From NCBI GenBank assembly GCA_965240335.1, contig CBDEKM010000018.1, forward strand, positions 73,417-137,416: a DNA stretch of 64,000 bases, read 5' to 3'. The stretch is from a bacterium (GTDB lineage Bacteria > JAAXHH01). Under the pieces are notes generated by a model, which searched no databases, was not told the origin of the DNA, and worked only from the letters and a program-made list of their open reading frames with translations. This document shows, in pieces, positions 1-9,203 of this stretch (within the stretch, counting starts at the first letter, position 1; each line of letters opens with the position of its first letter). The position numbers were made by a program, and so were the translations under genes.

Positions 1-204
1 CTGGGGTTCCGCCAGGCCCGATACCCAGACACCCATGACGAAAAGGGCCGCGGTTACCAGCAGATAAAGCGGAAGGGACAGGCCGAGCGGACCAGACAAC
101 GCCCAAACCAGTCCGAGTCCCAGCACGCTGCCGGCCGTGCCGGGCGCGCGGGGTGTGTAGCCGGCGTAACATCCGGTCGACAGCAGGGTGATCAGGGCGC
201 GCAT
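1..204 (-). CDS. pgpA: Phosphatidylglycerophosphatase A (N-terminal part; runs off window edge)
   Basis: Manual translation from ATG 204: MRALITLLSTGCYAGYTPRAPGTAGSVLG..., the PgpA 'G-x-G-x-x-P-x-APGT-x-GS' motif; directly downstream of pgsA. Not in the ORF track. Confidence 0.85.
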   Translation of the reverse strand, partial: MRALITLLSTGCYAGYTPRAPGTAGSVLGLGLVWALSGPLGLSLPLYLLVTAALFVMGVWVSGLAEPQ

Positions 205-206
205 AC

Positions 207-791
207 CTACCTCAGCAGACTGATAATAATCGACCGGTTCTTGACGACATAGTCTAGGCCGGAACTGACCGTGAGTGTCATGGAGACGAAGACCATGCCA
301 TTGAGCACCCACCAGGCGATGTCGTCGAACTCCCCGGTCCACTGGCCGTATGCGAGCATCGTCGTCTGGATGTTGATGTAGAGCAGGATGATCACGATGA
401 CCACCATCTGCGAAGCCGTCTTCCACTTGGCCACCTGGGTCGGCAGGATGAGGAGGCCGCGGTACGCCGCGATGCAGCGGAGGCCGGTCACGATGAAGTC
501 TCTTCCGATGATGACCAGTACCATCCAGGTGTAGATGTAGCCGAGGGACGCGAAACAGATCAGGGCGGTGGACGTGAGAATCTTGTCCGCCAGGGGGTCC
601 ATGAACTTGCCGAAACTGGTGATCACACCGGTCTTGCGGGCCAGGTAGCCGTCGTACAGATCGGTCAGCGAGGCGATTATGAAGATCACCAGGGCGATAT
701 ATCGTGTATACAATGTATCTACCAAGAAGAAGACCATGAATATGGGACTCAGGATAATGCGGAAAATGGTCAGTTTGTTTGGTAGATTCAT
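207..791 (-). CDS. pgsA: CDP-diacylglycerol--glycerol-3-phosphate 3-phosphatidyltransferase
   Basis: MNLPNKLT start; CDP-alcohol phosphotransferase motif DLYDGYLARK...FGKFMDPLADK. Confidence 0.95.
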   Translation of the reverse strand: MNLPNKLTIFRIILSPIFMVFFLVDTLYTRYIALVIFIIASLTDLYDGYLARKTGVITSFGKFMDPLADKILTSTALICFASLGYIYTWMVLVIIGRDFIVTGLRCIAAYRGLLILPTQVAKWKTASQMVVIVIILLYINIQTTMLAYGQWTGEFDDIAWWVLNGMVFVSMTLTVSSGLDYVVKNRSIIISLLR

Positions 792-842
792 GGCGGTATA
801 TGGATAAGGAAGTTGTGTCTGCGATCGTCTTGACGTTCCGTG

Positions 843-1445
843 CTACAACTCCGTGCGGCCCTCGAGGGCGCGTGCCAGCGTGACTTCGTCGGCGTATTCC
901 AGGTCGCCGCCCATGGGAAGTCCCCGGGCAAGACGAGTAACCCGGACGCCCAGCGGTTTGATCAACCTGCTCAGGTAGAGTGCGGTGGCTTCTCCCTCGA
1001 TATTGGGATTGGTCGCGATGATGACCTCTTCCACCGAATCGTTCATCCGCAGCATGAGTTCCCGGGCGCGGATGTCATCCGGAGTGATGTTGTCGAGCGG
1101 AGAAAGCGCACCGTGGAGCACGTGATACATGCCCCGGTACTCTCCAGTGCTTTCGAGTGTGATCACGTCCCTGGGTTCTTCTACGACGCAGATCGTTTCA
1201 GGTTTACGTCGGGTGTCATGGCAGATTTCGCAGGTTTCGGACTCGGTGATGTTCCAGCACACGTCGCAGTACCGGACCTTCTCCTTGACCGCCCGAATGG
1301 CGTCAGACAGCGAAAAGGCGCGTTCGGCCGGTCCCTTCAAGATATGAAAAGCCAGTCGCTGCGCCGTCACCCTGCCGATGTTGGGCAGGCGGCTCAATTC
1401 ATCCACCAGGATGGCCAGGGCCTCGGAACTGTACTTGCGCACCAT
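843..1445 (-). CDS. recR: Recombination mediator RecR
   Basis: LPNIGRVTAQRLA HhH, C4 zinc finger (CDVC...CEIC), Toprim ATNPNIEGEATA, GLPMGGDLEYAD. Confidence 0.97.
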   Translation of the reverse strand: MVRKYSSEALAILVDELSRLPNIGRVTAQRLAFHILKGPAERAFSLSDAIRAVKEKVRYCDVCWNITESETCEICHDTRRKPETICVVEEPRDVITLESTGEYRGMYHVLHGALSPLDNITPDDIRARELMLRMNDSVEEVIIATNPNIEGEATALYLSRLIKPLGVRVTRLARGLPMGGDLEYADEVTLARALEGRTEL

Positions 1446-1506
1446 GAAAAAGGATTCCTTAGTTGAATTGGGATCAGGATCAGCGAAACGCCTTGTAACA
1501 CGGCGA

Positions 1507-1818
1507 CTACAGGCCGGGAATCTGAAGTCCGCCGGTGAGCTGCCCCATCTCCTGGTCCATCATTTCCTGTGCCTTCTGCTGTCCCTGGCTGATGGCGGCC
1601 AGCACGAGATCTTCGAGCATCTCCACGTCTTCGGAGTCCACCACGGCTGGATTGATCCTGATCTCCACGACGTTCAGCTTGCCGTCTACCACCGCGGTGA
1701 CCATACCGCCACCGGCGGTACCTTCCACCCGCCGCTGCGCGATTTCTTCCTGAAGCTGCATCATCTGCTTCTGCATCTTCTGTACCTTCTTCATCATGCC
1801 TGACATGCCCTTGGCCAT
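1507..1818 (-). CDS. ybaB: YbaB/EbfC nucleoid-associated protein
   Basis: MMKKVQKMQ...GTAGGGMV...DVEMLEDLVLAA; canonical position between dnaX and recR. Confidence 0.95.
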   Translation of the reverse strand: MAKGMSGMMKKVQKMQKQMMQLQEEIAQRRVEGTAGGGMVTAVVDGKLNVVEIRINPAVVDSEDVEMLEDLVLAAISQGQQKAQEMMDQEMGQLTGGLQIPGL

Positions 1819-1863
1819 AGCTCAATCCTTTCCTGTTTTACCCCCGGCCGCCGTGACCATGTC

Positions 1864-3960
1864 TCAGTCCGACACGATCTGGCCGTCGAAAGCCTCCACG
1901 ATCTTCCGGACGGCCGGATCTTTCGCGGCATCGGAACGAGCACCGGTCTCCTGGCTGGCTGTTTTGCCGGCCGCAGGGGGTTCCTGTCCTTCCTTGACTG
2001 TGCTTTCTGCAATGCCCGGATACTCGTCTGCCCCGACACCTGCATCATCTACGCTGGCATTTTCGTGGTCCGCCCCGGATCTGTCGTCGTCCGTTCCGGC
2101 GTTATCATCCCTAGTCCCGGACCTGTCGTCGGCAACGGCGTTATCTTCGATCTCGCACTTGATCCGAACCGGGCTTCCCAGCGCGTTGGAACATACCGCC
2201 TGTATCAGCAAAGCGGTCTCCCGCTTCTCGGCCTGCTCTTTGTGAAAGACTCGGTTGGTTCCGAACCTGAGGGTAATCATTGCGGACCGCTCCGCCCTGG
2301 ACTCTTCGTCCCTGGAGCAGCCGGAAACCTCCGCTTCTGCCAATAGCCTGCCCAGGCCACTACGCTGCTTCGTGATTTCTTCCACGATGGCGGGCCACCG
2401 GTTGCGGACGTCCCGGAGATCGAGTTCCGGGGTGGCCGCCGTAGTCGCTGCGGTCTCCGTAGTCGCTGCGGTCTCCGGACGGTCCCCGGGCTCAGAAACG
2501 GGCGGCGGATTCGATACCGCGCCTGTCGGTGAATCTGGCGCCTCGCCAGTCGCCGCATCCTGGTTCGTAGGGGTCGTCGCATCCTGGTTCGTGCTGACCG
2601 TCGCAGACGTTGGATCTACCGACGGCAACTCAGGAGCCTCACCGGTCGAGGATCCCGATACGGACGGGCCCAGCGCTTCCGGCCGCTCTACGGTACCGGA
2701 TGTATCCTGTCCCTTGCCAGAAAGGTTCGCGTCCCCGTCGAGGTTCGGATCCGGTTTGGCCTCGTGACCGGGAGAATGAGAGTCCGAAGCATCGTCGTCC
2801 CCCTCTCCCGAACCCACGCGACGGGCCATTTCGGATAACCGGTTCATGACCTCTGTCAGTTGCACCGAGCTGGCCATGCGTATCATGCGGACGACGCCGG
2901 TCTCGAGTTGCACCCGGGGAAGAGCGCTTTGCTTGACGGACTGTTCCATCTGCGTGGCCAACTGGGAAAGCCTGAGCAGGTCTTCCGTTTCAAATCGACC
3001 GACCTGTTCCCGGTAGTGGTCGAGTTCCAGGGCGGCGGCGCCGAGCAGCGCTTCCGCTTCGGGCGTCGCCTTGACGACGAGCAGGTTGCGGAGGTGTTCC
3101 AGGATGCCCAGGATGATCTCTTCGAAATCGTGACCCTGTCGGAAGATCCGGTCGACCAGGTCCAGTCCCCGTGGGACGTCCTGGTCCGCCACGATTTCCA
3201 TCAGCTCGAAATAGACGTCCTGGTCCACGATGCCCAGGACCTCCGCCGCTTCACCGGCGGTCAACCCGGTGCCGCCGAAAGCGACGACCTGGTCCAGCAG
3301 ACTTTCGGCATCCCGCATGCTGCCATCCACCCGCCGCGCGATGAGGGCGAGGGCCTCGCGCTGGACGTCGTAGCCGCTCTTTTCACTGATCATGGCCAGG
3401 TGATCTACGATGGTCGGCCCCGATATGCGCCGGAAGTCGAATCGCTGACACCGGGAAAGCACGGTGGGAATCACCTTCCGAGGGTCCGTCGTCGCGAAGA
3501 TGAAGTACACGTGGGGAGGCGGCTCTTCAAGCGTTTTAAGCAACGCGTTGAAGGCCTCCTTGGTCAGCATGTGCACTTCGTCGATGATGTAGATCTTGTG
3601 CTTGCCCTGGCTGGGCGTGTACTTGACGCTCTCGAGCAGATGGGTCCGGACCTGCTCGACGCGGTTGTTGGAAGCGCCGTCGATTTCCAGCACGTCGACG
3701 CTGCGTCCTTCCGAGATTTCCTGGCAGATAGTGCAGGCGTTGCAAGGCGTTACGGTGGGGCCGTCGACGCAGTTCAGGGCCTTGGCCAGGATGCGGGCCG
3801 TTGTCGTTTTACCCACGCCCCGGGGACCGGCAAACAGGTAGGCATGGGCGATCTGGCCGGCCTGTATGGCATTTTTCAGCGTAGTGGTGACGTGTTCCTG
3901 GCCGATTACGCCGTCGAATTCCTGCGGACGCCATTTTCGGGCCGTGACTTCGTAGGCCAA
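1864..3960 (-). CDS. dnaX: DNA polymerase III subunit gamma/tau
   Basis: ARKWRPQ, Walker A GPRGVGKTT, zinc Cys cluster, IIDEVHML, SRCQRFDF; probable TTG start at 3960 with GGAGG RBS upstream. Confidence 0.95.
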   Translation of the reverse strand: MAYEVTARKWRPQEFDGVIGQEHVTTTLKNAIQAGQIAHAYLFAGPRGVGKTTTARILAKALNCVDGPTVTPCNACTICQEISEGRSVDVLEIDGASNNRVEQVRTHLLESVKYTPSQGKHKIYIIDEVHMLTKEAFNALLKTLEEPPPHVYFIFATTDPRKVIPTVLSRCQRFDFRRISGPTIVDHLAMISEKSGYDVQREALALIARRVDGSMRDAESLLDQVVAFGGTGLTAGEAAEVLGIVDQDVYFELMEIVADQDVPRGLDLVDRIFRQGHDFEEIILGILEHLRNLLVVKATPEAEALLGAAALELDHYREQVGRFETEDLLRLSQLATQMEQSVKQSALPRVQLETGVVRMIRMASSVQLTEVMNRLSEMARRVGSGEGDDDASDSHSPGHEAKPDPNLDGDANLSGKGQDTSGTVERPEALGPSVSGSSTGEAPELPSVDPTSATVSTNQDATTPTNQDAATGEAPDSPTGAVSNPPPVSEPGDRPETAATTETAATTAATPELDLRDVRNRWPAIVEEITKQRSGLGRLLAEAEVSGCSRDEESRAERSAMITLRFGTNRVFHKEQAEKRETALLIQAVCSNALGSPVRIKCEIEDNAVADDRSGTRDDNAGTDDDRSGADHENASVDDAGVGADEYPGIAESTVKEGQEPPAAGKTASQETGARSDAAKDPAVRKIVEAFDGQIVSD

Positions 3961-4028
3961 TGCCCAAACCTCCAAGCCTGGGTTACTCGGGACGAGAGGC
4001 ATGCGGAACGGGGCGAAAATAGTAAAGC

Positions 4029-4300
4029 GGTCGTGCACCCACCCTCGAATCTACTCGTATCGGGGCATCCGTACCGCCGGCTCCGGCCAGGCGCTCCTGC
4101 GGCACACGATTATGGCGCTTACCGCTGCTACCTTCCGGTCCTGACGGGGTTGGGCGTTTTCACGTTGCGCAGGACCTGACTTTCAATACCGGATGTAACA
4201 CATACCGGCGACGCAAGTGCGATCCTTGGGATGGGAATTCGACCCCGCTGTAGCGGGTTGCGGGTTACAGGGCACCGCTAACTCCCCATCTAGCACGACC
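4029..4300 (-). ncRNA. ffs: Signal recognition particle RNA, large (Alu-domain, Bacillus scRNA-like) type
   Basis: Minus strand has the helix-8 motif CCGTCAGGACCGGAAGGTAGCAGCGG, an Alu-like 5' part (GTGCTAGATGGGGAGTTAGCGGTGCCCTGTAACCCGCAACCCGC) and complementary ends GGTCGTGC/GCACGACC; lies upstream of dnaX. Confidence 0.92.
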
Positions 4301-4367
4301 GTAATCGTTCCAAGCCTGTAATACGGGATGCAGGGAACGCTCGCTTCGTCGTTACCGGCATCCCGAG

Positions 4368-4440
4368 TGGAGCAGAGCGGAATCGAACCGCCGACCTCCA
4401 GATTGCGATTCTGGCGCTCTCCCAACTGAGCTACTGCCCC
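4368..4440 (-). tRNA. tRNA-Ala(CGC)
   Basis: GGGGCAG/CTGCTCC acceptor with G3:U70; anticodon arm CCAGA-ATCGCAA-TCTGG; GTTCGA T-loop. Confidence 0.95.
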
Positions 4441-4509
4441 AAAGTTTCCGTGGAACGAGGCGGGTTAACCGTCCTCTTCGTTCCGGGTCCGGGTTCCCCC
4501 GGTATTCAA

Positions 4510-4595
4510 CGGAGAGGGTGGGATTCGAACCCACGGTCCACATGGTGAACACACGCTCTCCAGGCGTGCCGATTCGACCGCTCTCGCACCTCTCC
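4510..4595 (-). tRNA. tRNA-Ser(GGA)
   Basis: GGAGAGG acceptor, CACGC-CTGGAGA-GCGTG anticodon arm, long variable arm, G73. Confidence 0.95.
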
Positions 4596-4667
4596 CAGGT
4601 CCGTATCTGTGGTCAATGCCCGCGTCCGATATCCTTCCCTCTGCATTCCGATCGACAGGCTGAAAAA

Positions 4668-4752
4668 CGGAGAGGGTGGGATTCGAACCCACGGTGCCCG
4701 AAGGCACAACGGTTTTCGAGACCGTCCGATTCAACCACTCTCGCACCTCTCC
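4668..4752 (-). tRNA. tRNA-Ser(CGA)
   Basis: GGAGAGG acceptor, ACGGT-CTCGAAA-ACCGT anticodon arm, long variable arm GTGCC-TTCG-GGCAC. Confidence 0.95.
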
Positions 4753-5246
4753 GGTAACCTCGGTTCGATATCCGTACCGCCTGCCGCCCGTTTCGCCTTG
4801 AAGAAGTCCTTGAGCAGGTCGGAGCAGTTGTCCGCCAGGATCCCTCCTGTTACTTCCACCTGGTGATTCAACCGGGTGTCCCCCACGATATCACGCAAGG
4901 AACCACAGGCTCCGGTCTTGGGATCCACCGCCCCGTAAATCAGGCTCCGCATCCGGGCCAGCACGATCGCTCCGGCGCACATCGCGCAGGGTTCCAGCGT
5001 AACGTAGAGCGCGGCTCCCGTCAGTCGTTCATATCCCAGGGTTGTGCACGCCTCGCGGATCGCCAGCATTTCGGCGTGTGCGGTGGGGTCGCGCAACCGC
5101 TCAACACGATTCTGGCCCCGGCCAATGACCATCCCTTCGTGAACGATCACGGCCCCGACGGGCACGTCACCTTCGGCCGCCGCCGACCTGGCTTCTTCGA
5201 GTGCCAGACGCAGCCATTTTTCTTGTTCGCCGTCGTTACTCGTCAT
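4731..5246 (-). CDS. tadA: tRNA adenosine(34) deaminase
   Basis: VPVGAVIV, DPTAHAEM, TLEPCAMCAGA, DPKTGACGS; start set at ATG 5246 because the longer ORF begins inside tRNA-Arg. Confidence 0.95.
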   Translation of the reverse strand: MTSNDGEQEKWLRLALEEARSAAAEGDVPVGAVIVHEGMVIGRGQNRVERLRDPTAHAEMLAIREACTTLGYERLTGAALYVTLEPCAMCAGAIVLARMRSLIYGAVDPKTGACGSLRDIVGDTRLNHQVEVTGGILADNCSDLLKDFFKAKRAAGGTDIEPRLPERCESG

Positions 5247-5267
5247 GGCATTACGTCTCACGAAATA

Positions 5268-5341
5268 TACGCCCGGAGGGAGTCGAACCCACAACCTCCT
5301 GATCCGTAGTCAGGTGCTCTATCCAATTGAGCTACAGGCGC
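5268..5341 (-). tRNA. tRNA-Arg(ACG)
   Basis: GCGCCTG/CGGGCGT acceptor, CCTGA-CTACGGA-TCAGG anticodon arm, GTTCGA. Confidence 0.95.
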
Positions 5342-5367
5342 TCAGAACCAGCATACCAGAGCACCGC

Positions 5368-5396
5368 AAACTACCGGTCAGGCACGTGAAAGTCAA
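5368..5396 (-). promoter_or_regulatory. Sigma70-type promoter for tRNA-Arg/tadA cluster
   Basis: Minus strand TTGACT-17 bp-TAGTTT just upstream of tRNA-Arg. Confidence 0.6.
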
Positions 5397-5445
5397 GCGA
5401 ATTTTGACTCCGTTCAGGGTGTCCGGAACGTCGAAAATTTGGAGG

Positions 5446-5973
5446 TCAATCGGTACTGCGGTCGTGTCGTTCGAGATAGACTCTTCTCCGTTCAACGTAC
5501 CCTTCCGCGGTTCGGTGAATTCGTTCGATCTGCTCGTCCGTGACGTGACGGATTACGCGACCGGGAACACCCAGGACAAGGGAACCGGGTGGCACGTCCA
5601 TGTGCTCGAGCACCAGCGCGCCGGCGCCGATGATACTATGCTCGCCGATGCGCGCACCGCTGAGGATCACGGCGCCCATAGAGATCAGCGCGTGGTCTTC
5701 CACTACCGCACCGTGGACGATGGCGCGGTGCCCCACGGTCACGCCCTTCCCCAGCACGGCGGGCATGCCGGCGTCGATGTGGATGACGCTGCCGTCCTGC
5801 ACGTTGGTCCCCTCGCCGATGGTAACCGGTTCGTCGTCCGCCCGGATCACCACCTGATACCAGACGCTTGCATTCATCCCGATGTCAACCGCCCCGATCA
5901 GATCGGCGCTCTCCGCCACGAAGGCGGAAGGATGAATAAGGGGAGACTGGTGTACATACTGGTTGGAGGTCAT
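5446..5973 (-). CDS. Gamma carbonic anhydrase family (YrdA/PaaY-like) protein
   Basis: Hexapeptide repeats, IGEGTNVQDGSVIH, VGHRAIVHG, VLGVPGRV. Confidence 0.9.
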   Translation of the reverse strand: MTSNQYVHQSPLIHPSAFVAESADLIGAVDIGMNASVWYQVVIRADDEPVTIGEGTNVQDGSVIHIDAGMPAVLGKGVTVGHRAIVHGAVVEDHALISMGAVILSGARIGEHSIIGAGALVLEHMDVPPGSLVLGVPGRVIRHVTDEQIERIHRTAEGYVERRRVYLERHDRSTD

Positions 5974-5983
5974 GTGGGGATTC

Positions 5984-7276
5984 CTACCCGGCGGCGTCCT
6001 GGGCGCACTGCACCCGGGGGATGACGTAGGGCCCTTTCGGAACGACGGCGATGGTGGCGTCACTGCCATGGCGCTCAAGGGCTCGCGCTATGCCGGCCTC
6101 GACGGATGGGACCGGTTCGACGAGGCAATCCCGCACATCGTCGTCATTCAGGCCGTCCGTATAGAGGTATATCTGTCCCTTCTTCAACGCTTTTACCAGT
6201 TCTTCGATTTCCCACTGGTCGATGGTGAATACGCCCGGTTGCTGGATCGATTCGAGAAAGGCGTCGATATCCGTTGTCATCCGCAGCAGTCCCTCGAATT
6301 CCGCGCTTCCGATCCCATCGGCGCATCCGGCCGCGATGACGATGGATCCGCCCTCCCTGAGAATGTCCAGCACCCCGACCATACCCTTCACTGCCTGGTA
6401 GAACGTAGTATCCAGGGGATAGCCGGCTGAAGAGGTCACGACGATGTCCACCGGTTCCTCGACACTGGCAACCACCATGCTGTCCACATGGCTGACCCCG
6501 TGCAGGTGGGCCTGCTCGAGCTCGCCGGCGAACACCCCGGTAATACGTCGGTCCTCGTCCAGGGACACGTTGAGGATGAAATCGACACCGGCACGCCGGG
6601 CGATTTCCAGGGATGCCTCGTGGAGTGGGTTGCCGTCGAGCACACCCGTCGTGGCGCGGGGATGTTCCAGGATCTTCGGTCCGTGAAGGTATTCGATCGT
6701 CTCCACGCCCACCAGTCCGGGCGCGACCAGCTTGCGCCCACCCGAATAGCCGGCCATGAAGTGGGGTTCGATCAACCCGGTCAGCACCTTGAGATCGCTT
6801 TCGACGTAACGGCGGTCCACGTGGATCGGGATCCCGGTACTCGTGGTCCCGAGATGGGCCTGCTGCGCTCCGATTCGCGCCCGGTGGTTTACAACGGGAT
6901 AGCGGTCGACCACGGCGCCGGTCAGCGTCTCGCGAAGCTGGGCTTCGTCCATGGGGGCGTGCAGTCCTGTGGCAACCAGGAGGGTGATATCCTTCGGCGC
7001 CAGCCCGCTTCGTTCCAGGCTTTCCAGCAGGGGCGGCAGAATGATGTCGTGGGGCACGGGCCGCGTGATGTCGGAAACGACCACGCAGGCATTCCGGCGT
7101 CCAGTGGCTAGTACTTCGAGCGGCGGCCCCGCTACGGGCTGACGAATCGCATCCCGGGTCGCTGCCACGGGATCATCCAGCGGCGGCGTTTCCCGCATGT
7201 TAAGGACTGCTACGAGGTTTTCGTCCGGAACGCGTACGTTGACCCCGGATTTGTGATAATCGAGTTTGATGTTCAT
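5984..7276 (-). CDS. larA: Nickel pincer-dependent LarA-family racemase/epimerase
   Basis: SDITRPVP, ATGLH, EPHFMAGYSGGRK, GYPLDTTFYQAVKG, DQWE motifs of the LarA superfamily; substrate not established. Confidence 0.88.
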   Translation of the reverse strand: MNIKLDYHKSGVNVRVPDENLVAVLNMRETPPLDDPVAATRDAIRQPVAGPPLEVLATGRRNACVVVSDITRPVPHDIILPPLLESLERSGLAPKDITLLVATGLHAPMDEAQLRETLTGAVVDRYPVVNHRARIGAQQAHLGTTSTGIPIHVDRRYVESDLKVLTGLIEPHFMAGYSGGRKLVAPGLVGVETIEYLHGPKILEHPRATTGVLDGNPLHEASLEIARRAGVDFILNVSLDEDRRITGVFAGELEQAHLHGVSHVDSMVVASVEEPVDIVVTSSAGYPLDTTFYQAVKGMVGVLDILREGGSIVIAAGCADGIGSAEFEGLLRMTTDIDAFLESIQQPGVFTIDQWEIEELVKALKKGQIYLYTDGLNDDDVRDCLVEPVPSVEAGIARALERHGSDATIAVVPKGPYVIPRVQCAQDAAG

Positions 7277-7285
7277 GGCGATCCC

Positions 7286-8269
7286 CTACGATGCTTCCTG
7301 TTCGACTTCGAGCCCGGGTCCCGGTGATGGTACTAGTATGCCTGCGGCACCGAATTTCATCATGGTGCGGGCCAGTTCGCTGGGGGACTCGTGAAGCGCC
7401 ACGATGGCGCCGCTGCTGCCCGCGAGCTTTGCGCCGAATGCGCCCGCCCGTCGGGCAAATTCGATGAACCGGTCGTCCTCGGGATTGGATCCGCCGAGCG
7501 CCTGCGTCAGCGCCTGGTTCTCGTTCATCAGGTCTCCCAGCGTGTCGAGCCTGTTCTCGAGGATCGCTTTCTTCCCGTGCCGGGCCAGGCCGGCGATGGT
7601 CCGGTATGTTTCGACTATTTCAGGTTCCCCGGCGAGCCAACGTTCCCTGAGCGGGGTATGCACGCCGCCGGAGACGCGCTGGCCGCCCGTGATGACCACG
7701 ACGACCGGCAGGGCCGAGGCGGGTACCATCGGTTCCATGGTGGCAAAGGGATCGGTCCCGAACTCCAGGTGGAATTCTTTTCCCCTGAAATCCATGTAAT
7801 GCATCCCGCCGAAGGTGCACATGTAGGCGTCCTGGTACCCGCAGAAGCACAGGTTTCGGTATTCGATCATGCGGACGAGTTCCGCCATGTGGTAAGATCC
7901 GTGACGTAAGCCGCGGAACGCAAGCAGGCCGGCAACCATGGACACGAGCAGCGCGGTCGACCCCGAAAGACCGGCCCGGAATGGGATGTCGGTAGACCAG
8001 GAGATTCGGACGCGCAGGTCAGCGGATTCCGTACCCGCAAGCGCGACGCGCGCGATATCGAATATGTCTTCCCGCTGGGCCAGGTCGTCCGGCGAAGCGA
8101 TGACCTTCTGTTCGGTGCCGGCGTCCAGGACCAGGCGGTCCGCCGGTTGGACCTTGACCCTTGCCCTTTCCACCGTCGAACACGAAATCACGCTACCGCC
8201 GTACATGTCGGTCGGATTGCCCACGATGCCGACGCGGCCGGGTGCAGATGCGGTTACGGTCCCGCTCAA
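7286..8269 (-). CDS. GHMP family sugar kinase, glucuronokinase-like
   Basis: APGRVGIVGNPTDMYGG, IPFRAGLSGSTA (GHMP P-loop), GYQD, GAKLAGSSG. Confidence 0.75.
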   Translation of the reverse strand: MSGTVTASAPGRVGIVGNPTDMYGGSVISCSTVERARVKVQPADRLVLDAGTEQKVIASPDDLAQREDIFDIARVALAGTESADLRVRISWSTDIPFRAGLSGSTALLVSMVAGLLAFRGLRHGSYHMAELVRMIEYRNLCFCGYQDAYMCTFGGMHYMDFRGKEFHLEFGTDPFATMEPMVPASALPVVVVITGGQRVSGGVHTPLRERWLAGEPEIVETYRTIAGLARHGKKAILENRLDTLGDLMNENQALTQALGGSNPEDDRFIEFARRAGAFGAKLAGSSGAIVALHESPSELARTMMKFGAAGILVPSPGPGLEVEQEAS

Positions 8270-8294
8270 TTGGACTCCGCTGCGTGTGTGCTGT

Positions 8295-9203
8295 TCATGT
8301 GTTGTTCAACCGTCCCTGCAGAAAACCGCGAAAGGCCGTTCCGTCGGTCTCATCCTGCAGTGCATAGTCGGCAAAGGCTTCCCAGTAGGTCAGGGGCGTG
8401 CCGATATCGTAGCGGCTGCTGCCGGTTCCCAGGGGTACACACCATACCGCACCACCCTCCCGGATCAGGTCTCGGATGGCGTCGCCGAGCCACAGTTCAC
8501 CGTTTTTCCCCCGAGGTGTCGTCTCCAGCGCCGGGAAGATGCCGGGGCCGCATATGTAGCGGGCCGATACGGCGTAGCGGCTGGGCGCGGTTTCCGTGGA
8601 CGGCTTCTCCACGATGTCATCGATGGGGAACGCCGTGTCGGATTCATATACAGGCCGTACGATTCCATATCGCGAAACCTTCTCTTCGGGAACGTACTCC
8701 ACCGCGATCGTACACGCTGCGTCTTCCTTTGCGTGGGTTTCCATCATGCGCCGCACGACGCTGCCTTCCTTCTGCGACCGGATGACGGCGTCGCCCCAGG
8801 CCACGACGAAGGCGTCCGAACCCGCGAAGGATTCACCCAGCCGAACGGCGTCTCCGTTGCCGGCCGGGATCTCCTGCCGCACGAACGCGTAGTCCAGCGC
8901 GGGTGGTTCGGTCCGGTGCGAACGGTCCTGGTCTCGCTGTCCCCGGAGTAGCCCGTCTGTTTGCATATCCTGTTCGTCTGGTTGCTCGCCGCGCTGGCCG
9001 ATCTCGAAGTATTCCTCGATCGCTGTTTTGTGGCTTGCCGTAACGAAGAGAATTTGATCGATGCCCGTGGCTGCCAGTTCATCCACCACGCGGTGTATCA
9101 CCGGTTTGCGGCCGAGGGGCAGCATTTCTTTTGGAATAGACCGCGTGAGCGGCCGCATCCGCGTGCCCAGACCCGCTACGGGAACCACGGCCTTCCGGAT
9201 CAT
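8295..9203 (-). CDS. UTP--sugar-1-phosphate uridylyltransferase (GalU-like)
   Basis: IRKAVVPVAGLGTRMRPLTRSIPKEMLP, VEKP, GELWLGDA, YDIG; ATG 9203 overlaps the eda stop (ATGA). Confidence 0.88.
   Translation of the reverse strand: MIRKAVVPVAGLGTRMRPLTRSIPKEMLPLGRKPVIHRVVDELAATGIDQILFVTASHKTAIEEYFEIGQRGEQPDEQDMQTDGLLRGQRDQDRSHRTEPPALDYAFVRQEIPAGNGDAVRLGESFAGSDAFVVAWGDAVIRSQKEGSVVRRMMETHAKEDAACTIAVEYVPEEKVSRYGIVRPVYESDTAFPIDDIVEKPSTETAPSRYAVSARYICGPGIFPALETTPRGKNGELWLGDAIRDLIREGGAVWCVPLGTGSSRYDIGTPLTYWEAFADYALQDETDGTAFRGFLQGRLNNT

Noticed and set aside
4510-4752. Repeated GGAGAGGGTGGGATTCGAACCCACGGT as a CRISPR or att repeat
   Set aside because: Explained by two paralogous tRNA-Ser genes.
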